The translations under genes and the position numbers were made by a program. This document shows positions 59,046-64,000 of a stretch of DNA of 64,000 nucleotides, piece after piece (position 1 is the stretch's first letter; each line of letters opens with the position of its first letter). The stretch spans positions 173,328 to 237,327 of the forward strand of contig CACKEY010000001.1 of assembly GCA_902599315.1 (NCBI GenBank). Reading direction: 5' to 3'. Under the pieces are notes generated by a model. That model was not told the DNA's origin, ran no database searches, and was given only the letters and a program-made list of their open reading frames with translations. This stretch comes from an uncultured SAR86 cluster bacterium (GTDB lineage: Bacteria > Pseudomonadota > Gammaproteobacteria > Magnimaribacterales > D2472).

Positions 59046-59087
59046 AAAGGTTAGAATAGGCTTCTTAGACTAAAAAATGAACCCCTA

Positions 59088-61262
59088 ATGGATGTTTCTC
59101 ACATACTAGAAAATTTAAATGATCCGCAGCGAGATGCTGTTACCTCGGAAGATCAAAGTCTTTTGGTTTTGGCAGGAGCGGGCTCAGGTAAGACCAGGGT
59201 ATTAGTTCATAGAATCGCATGGAGTGTAGAGGCGATGGGTCTGAACCCATCATCTATTATGGCTGTAACCTTTACTAACAAAGCAGCTCAAGAAATGCAA
59301 TCAAGAATTCAAGAGTTACTTCAATCACCAGTCGGTGATATGTGGTGTGGAACTTTTCATGGTCTTGCGCACAGAACACTTAAGCGATTTTATAAAGATG
59401 CAGGACTTATTTCTGGATTTACAATTCTTGATAGCGATGACCAATTACGAATTGTGAAGCGCTTGATTAAAGAAGCTGGTCTCGATGATGGTGCATGGCC
59501 TCCCAAACAAATACAGTGGCAAATTAATAGCTGGAAGGATGAGGGAATTCGCGCTGATAAAGTTAACGACAATGGCGATTTTTATGCTCAAACAGTAAAA
59601 GGTATTTATAAACGTTACGAAGAGGCTTGCTTAAATGATAGTTTGGTAGATTTTGCTGAGTTATTACTCAAGGCTTATGAGTTAGTTAAAGAAAACAAAA
59701 CCGTTAAAGAATTTTTTCACAACAGATTCAAAGCTATCTTGGTAGATGAATTTCAGGATACCAATACCATTCAATATAACTGGCTGAAAGAGATAGCTTC
59801 GGATATATCTTCCATCACTGCTGTTGGAGACGATGATCAATCTATATATGGTTGGCGGGGAGCAAAAGTTGAGAATGTTTCATCTTTTGAGGCAAGTTTT
59901 AAAAAAGCTAAAATTATTCGATTAGAACAAAATTATCGTTCAACAAGTGTAATTTTAAGTGCAGCCAATGCCTTGATTGATAACAATCAAAATCGTTTAG
60001 GAAAAAATCTATGGACTGATTCTCTCGAGGGTGAACCCATAACTCTTTATCAAGCATACAACGAGCAGGATGAGGCAAGATTTATTGCTGGCACCATTAA
60101 AAATTGGATGGACAGCGGCGAATTTTATCAAGATGTGGGAATTGTTTATAGATCTAATGCGCAGTCAAGAGCTTTAGAAGAAGCACTATTGCGAATCAAT
60201 ATTCCTTATCGAATTTATGGTGGTCTAAGGTTTTATGAGCGCATGGAAATTAAAAACGCTATGAGTTATTTAAAGGTGGTCTTTAATCCACATGATAACC
60301 CTGCGTTTGAGCGTTCTATCGCAAATCCAACTAGAGGCATTGGAGTGAAATCTCAGGCAAAAATTAGAGAAGCCGCTAAATCATACAACCTTTCTTATAT
60401 TAAGGCAGCGGCTAAATTACTAGATGAAGGTAAAATGGGTGGAAAAGCTGGTCAAGGCTTAAGGGCATACCTGGAATTTATTACCAATTGCATAGAACTT
60501 CTTGATACAACTCCTTTGTCTGATTTGATGGAACTTATCATACAAAAATCTGGTCTTTATCAGTATCATAAAAAAGAAGCAGGCGAGAAGGGTAAAACTA
60601 GAATAGAAAACTTAGAAGAACTAGTCACCTCTGCAAAAAACTTTGAGCAATCATTTGAAAAAGAAAAGTCTCATAAAGAGATTGCAGAAATTTTCTTAGA
60701 TACTGTTTCATTGGATGCTGGAGATACCCAAGCTGACGAGTTTCAAGATGCCGTTCAGCTAATGACTTTACATTCAGCCAAAGGTTTAGAATTCCCATTG
60801 GTTTTTATTACGGGTCTAGAGGAAACTCTTTTTCCTCACGGGCGATCAATTGAATCTCCATCTCAACTTGAGGAGGAGAGAAGGCTCTGCTATGTGGGAA
60901 TTACTCGTGCCATGAAAAAGCTTTATTTAACCCATGCAGAATCAAGGAGGCTCCATGGATCTGACGTGTTCAATCCCGCTTCAAGATTTTTAAAAGAAAT
61001 TCCCCCTGTTTTTATTGAGGAAATAAGACCTCGAGCTTCTGTGACAACTTCATATGTTCGAAAACCAAAAAAATCAACCATGGACTTTAAAAAGGAAGTT
61101 GGCATTGGATTAGGGCAAAAAGTAGTTCATCCTACCTTTGGACTCGGTGTCGTTTTAAACTATGAGGGATCGGGTGAATCAGCAAGAGTTCAAATTAATT
61201 TTGAAAAAGCTGGTAGTAAATGGTTGGTACTTGCTTTTGCTAAATTGGAGATGTTGGGATGA
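59088..61262 (+). CDS. uvrD: DNA helicase II (UvrD), SF1 family
   Basis: 724 aa with Walker A AGAGSGKT, DEFQDT and the remaining SF1 helicase motifs. The length matches UvrD rather than Rep. Confidence 0.88.
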   Translation: MDVSHILENLNDPQRDAVTSEDQSLLVLAGAGSGKTRVLVHRIAWSVEAMGLNPSSIMAVTFTNKAAQEMQSRIQELLQSPVGDMWCGTFHGLAHRTLKRFYKDAGLISGFTILDSDDQLRIVKRLIKEAGLDDGAWPPKQIQWQINSWKDEGIRADKVNDNGDFYAQTVKGIYKRYEEACLNDSLVDFAELLLKAYELVKENKTVKEFFHNRFKAILVDEFQDTNTIQYNWLKEIASDISSITAVGDDDQSIYGWRGAKVENVSSFEASFKKAKIIRLEQNYRSTSVILSAANALIDNNQNRLGKNLWTDSLEGEPITLYQAYNEQDEARFIAGTIKNWMDSGEFYQDVGIVYRSNAQSRALEEALLRINIPYRIYGGLRFYERMEIKNAMSYLKVVFNPHDNPAFERSIANPTRGIGVKSQAKIREAAKSYNLSYIKAAAKLLDEGKMGGKAGQGLRAYLEFITNCIELLDTTPLSDLMELIIQKSGLYQYHKKEAGEKGKTRIENLEELVTSAKNFEQSFEKEKSHKEIAEIFLDTVSLDAGDTQADEFQDAVQLMTLHSAKGLEFPLVFITGLEETLFPHGRSIESPSQLEEERRLCYVGITRAMKKLYLTHAESRRLHGSDVFNPASRFLKEIPPVFIEEIRPRASVTTSYVRKPKKSTMDFKKEVGIGLGQKVVHPTFGLGVVLNYEGSGESARVQINFEKAGSKWLVLAFAKLEMLG

Positions 61263-62356
61263 AAAATTTTTTAATAATTGGCTTAACTTTAAGCTTCCTA
61301 TTGTCCTGTGGACAAGCGGATCAAAATACTAAGAGCGAGGTAAAGGTTCAAAATTATTCATGGTCATTGGTAACTACTTGGCCAAAGAACTATCCTGGAC
61401 TTGGAATGGCTCCAGAGCGTTTTAGTAAACTGGTAAATGAAATGTCGCAAGGTCAGCTCAAAGTTACAGTTTATGGAGCTGGAGAATTTGTTCCTGCTAT
61501 GGGTGTCTTTGATGCGGTCTCTTCAGGTGCTGTCGAAATGGGGCATGGCGGTGCTTATTACTGGAAGGGTAAAGTTCCAGCCGCTCAGTTTTTTGCAGGA
61601 GTCCCATTCGGTTTTACTGCTGATGAAATCAATGCTTGGGTAAATCGAGGAGGTGGTCTAGAGCTATGGGAAGACCTATATAAACCCTTCAACATGAAGC
61701 CACTTCCAGGTGGTAATACTGGCACTCAAATGTTTGGTTGGTTTAATAAAGAGATTAACTCTCTTGAAGACATCAAGGGATTAAAAATGCGTTTTCCTGG
61801 ATTTGGGGGCGAAGTTTTTAGGAGAGCTGGCGGAATTCCGGTAAATATTCCCGGAGGGGAGTTGTACACTGCCATGCAAACAGGCACCATCGATGCAGTT
61901 GAATGGGTAGGTCCATACAACGATCTTGCTTTTGGATTTCAGCAAGTCGCAAAATATTATTATTATCCTGGCTGGCATGAACCGGGTTCCATGTTGGAAT
62001 TCACCATTAATTTAGATGCCTGGAATTCCTTACCACCTCATCTTCAATCTATTGTTACGGTAGCAGCCAAAGCTGTTAATCAAGATTTACTCGATGAGTA
62101 CACGGCGTCAAATAACAGAGCTTTACAGGACTTGATAACCAAACATGATGTTAAATTAAGAAAACTACCAGATGATGTAATTAATGAATTCCGTAACATT
62201 TCTGAGGAGATTTTAGAAACCTCCGCAGCCACTGATCCAGCTGTAAGAAAAGTTTATGATTCATTTAAAACCTTTATGGCAGAAGTAAAGAGCTTTCATG
62301 CCATAGCTGAGGATGCGTTTGTTGAGGCGCGAACTAATAGTGACGAAGATTCCTGA
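61259..62356 (+). CDS. TRAP transporter substrate-binding lipoprotein (DctP family); no DctQM partner in the window
   Basis: 365 aa with a lipobox (LLSCG) and DctP-like sequence (WSLVTTWPKN...MFGWFNKEI...GGELYTAMQTGTIDAVEW). Confidence 0.8.
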   Translation: MKNFLIIGLTLSFLLSCGQADQNTKSEVKVQNYSWSLVTTWPKNYPGLGMAPERFSKLVNEMSQGQLKVTVYGAGEFVPAMGVFDAVSSGAVEMGHGGAYYWKGKVPAAQFFAGVPFGFTADEINAWVNRGGGLELWEDLYKPFNMKPLPGGNTGTQMFGWFNKEINSLEDIKGLKMRFPGFGGEVFRRAGGIPVNIPGGELYTAMQTGTIDAVEWVGPYNDLAFGFQQVAKYYYYPGWHEPGSMLEFTINLDAWNSLPPHLQSIVTVAAKAVNQDLLDEYTASNNRALQDLITKHDVKLRKLPDDVINEFRNISEEILETSAATDPAVRKVYDSFKTFMAEVKSFHAIAEDAFVEARTNSDEDS

Positions 62357-62945
62357 ATTTCTTGATTTAGGTGAGCAAGCTTATGAGGATACTTATGAGC
62401 AAATGCGCTCTCTTATAAAAGCTCAGTCTTTTAAAGATCAGGTTTGGTTATTAGAGCATCCTTCAGTTTTTACTTTAGGCACAGCGGCAAATCCATCGAA
62501 TGTGTTAAATCCGGGTGATATTCCTGTTATACAAACTGATAGAGGTGGTGAAGTAACATTTCATGGACCGGGCCAACTTGTTATTTATTTCTTACTTGAT
62601 ATTAAATCAAAAAAAATAGGTCCAAAAACCATGGTTGCAAATTTACAATTGATCATCCAAAAAGTTTTGCGGCATTACTCAATTGAAAGCTCTTTTATCG
62701 AAGGAGCTCCCGGAGTTTATGTAGAAAATAAAAAAATAGCATCCATCGGATTGAGATTTTCAGGCGGGAGAAGTTATCACGGCATCAGTATAAATGTTGA
62801 CATGAACTTAACTCCCTTTAGCTTAATTAATCCATGCGGATATAAAGGTTTAGAAGTTGTACAAATTAGCGATTTTGATTCAAATGTTACTCTTGAAGAT
62901 GTAAAATCTGTCGCAATAAAAGAAATACAAACAGTATTTAGTTAA
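62313..62945 (+). CDS. lipB: Octanoyltransferase LipB
   Basis: LipB motifs are present ([31 protein letters not shown]). The track start at ATG 62313 overlaps the previous gene by 44 nt. GTG at 62340, with GAGG 12 nt upstream, is a plausible alternative. Confidence 0.88.
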   Translation: MRLLRRELIVTKIPEFLDLGEQAYEDTYEQMRSLIKAQSFKDQVWLLEHPSVFTLGTAANPSNVLNPGDIPVIQTDRGGEVTFHGPGQLVIYFLLDIKSKKIGPKTMVANLQLIIQKVLRHYSIESSFIEGAPGVYVENKKIASIGLRFSGGRSYHGISINVDMNLTPFSLINPCGYKGLEVVQISDFDSNVTLEDVKSVAIKEIQTVFS

Positions 62946-63928
62946 TGGAAATAATACCAACACAAAAGATCATTAATAGAGATGGCATTAAAGCTATTAA
63001 AAATGGTCAAAAGGTCAACAAGTATTCATCTGTACCAAATCAGAAGAAGCCTGAGTGGATAAGAGTTAAAGCTTCCTCTAATGGTAATTTTAGTTCTGTC
63101 AAACAACAGGTAGAAGATAAACGCCTCAATACTGTATGTGAAGAGGCCATGTGCCCTAACATATCGGAATGTTGGTCTGCAGGAACTGCAACTTTTATGT
63201 TGATGGGTTCAGTTTGTACCAGAGCTTGCAAATTTTGTTCAGTCGATACAGGAAATCCAAAAGGCTGGCTCGATCTTGACGAACCCATGCATACTGCCAA
63301 AGCCGTTAAAACCATGGGGCTTAAATATGTGGTTCTAACTTCGGTAAATAGAGACGATTTAGAGGATGGTGGAGCTGAGCACTATGCACAAACGGTTAAA
63401 GCCATTAAAGAACTCAATCCCAATACCGCAGTTGAGGCATTAACCCCAGATTTCAAAGGCCTATCCTCATCCATTGAGACTTTAGTTAATTGTGGGCTGG
63501 AAGTTTTTGCTCAAAATGTGGAGACAGTGAAACGACTTACCCATCCGGTAAGAGATATAAGAGCAGGGTACGAACAGACTCTTGGGGTTTTGGCAGAATC
63601 AAAAAGAATTAATCCAAATGTTCTTACAAAGACAAGTTTAATTCTTGGTCTGGGAGAAACAGAGCAAGAAATTGAAGAAACTATGGATGATTTAATTGCT
63701 CACAAAGTGGACATCTTAACTTTAGGTCAATATTTGAGACCAACTCTCAATCATCTTCCGGTTGAAAGATGGGTTACTCCCAAAGAATTTGATCGCTATC
63801 GTGAGATAGGATTGAAAAAAGGATTCTTGGAAGTTGTTTCCGGACCTATGGTCAGATCAAGCTATCGTGCTGAAAGAGCGTTAGAGAAAAATAATGCAGG
63901 TCTTAATCTTGCTAGTGGGCAAAGTTAA
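62945..63928 (+). CDS. lipA: Lipoyl synthase LipA
   Basis: 327 aa with the radical-SAM motif CTRACKFC plus an N-terminal [12 protein letters not shown] cluster. Its start overlaps the lipB stop by 1 nt. Confidence 0.96.
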   Translation: MEIIPTQKIINRDGIKAIKNGQKVNKYSSVPNQKKPEWIRVKASSNGNFSSVKQQVEDKRLNTVCEEAMCPNISECWSAGTATFMLMGSVCTRACKFCSVDTGNPKGWLDLDEPMHTAKAVKTMGLKYVVLTSVNRDDLEDGGAEHYAQTVKAIKELNPNTAVEALTPDFKGLSSSIETLVNCGLEVFAQNVETVKRLTHPVRDIRAGYEQTLGVLAESKRINPNVLTKTSLILGLGETEQEIEETMDDLIAHKVDILTLGQYLRPTLNHLPVERWVTPKEFDRYREIGLKKGFLEVVSGPMVRSSYRAERALEKNNAGLNLASGQS

Positions 63929-64000
63929 AGATTGTTACAAAAAGAATTCCTGTTCCCAAAACTCCAGTAATACAGATTAAAAAATCCACAAAGAAAACTT
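63912..64000 (-). CDS. Possible C-terminal fragment of a membrane protein (gene continues beyond the window)
   Basis: Hand translation of the minus strand gives ...[28 protein letters not shown]-stop. The stop at 63914-63912 overlaps the lipA 3' end by 17 nt. Only 29 codons are visible. Confidence 0.25.
   Translation of the reverse strand, partial: VFFVDFLICITGVLGTGILFVTIFNFAH

Overview
AT-rich, very tightly packed bacterial chromosome segment; many gene junctions are 0-4 nt or overlap. Gene order looks gammaproteobacterial and the style resembles a streamlined marine genome, but that attribution is inference only.

Layout:
- 1-20.3 kb is the conserved replication-origin neighbourhood: recF' < dnaN < dnaA, then divergently rpmH-rnpA-yidD-yidC-mnmE, mnmG-rsmG-parA-parB, atpIBEFHAGDC and glmU-glmS.
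- 20.3-59 kb is about 38 kb of mostly unrelated, single, small genes. It includes secreted and membrane hypotheticals, a TonB-dependent receptor, a BCCT transporter, a TPR-sulfotransferase, a homocysteine S-methyltransferase, a MerC/PepSY/His-Met-rich metal cluster, an MsrA-CPYC-MsrB fusion, glycosyltransferases, an Nramp transporter, psd-pssA, an SMR pump and others.
- 59-64 kb returns to core genes: uvrD, an orphan TRAP binding protein, lipB and lipA.

I recognised no rRNA, tRNA, CRISPR array, transposase, integrase or phage structural gene.

Most notable observations:
1. Three decayed, same-orientation copies of the glmS 3' terminus (encoding SVTVE-stop) lie just downstream of glmS. They cut the DNA into tiny cassette-like units, each with an ORF starting 30-33 nt after the pseudo-stop, and no recombinase is present in the window.
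2. A prolyl-4-hydroxylase is divergently paired with a Skp1-type (Gnt1-like) GlcNAc-transferase, around a 7-bp inverted repeat.
3. A 14-codon, 9-cysteine mini-ORF with a hairpin over its stop codon lies upstream of an MBL/GloB-like gene and the metal cluster.
4. rnpA and rsmG encode conserved N-terminal residues upstream of any ATG/GTG/TTG codon.
5. DnaA boxes are present in two intergenic regions.
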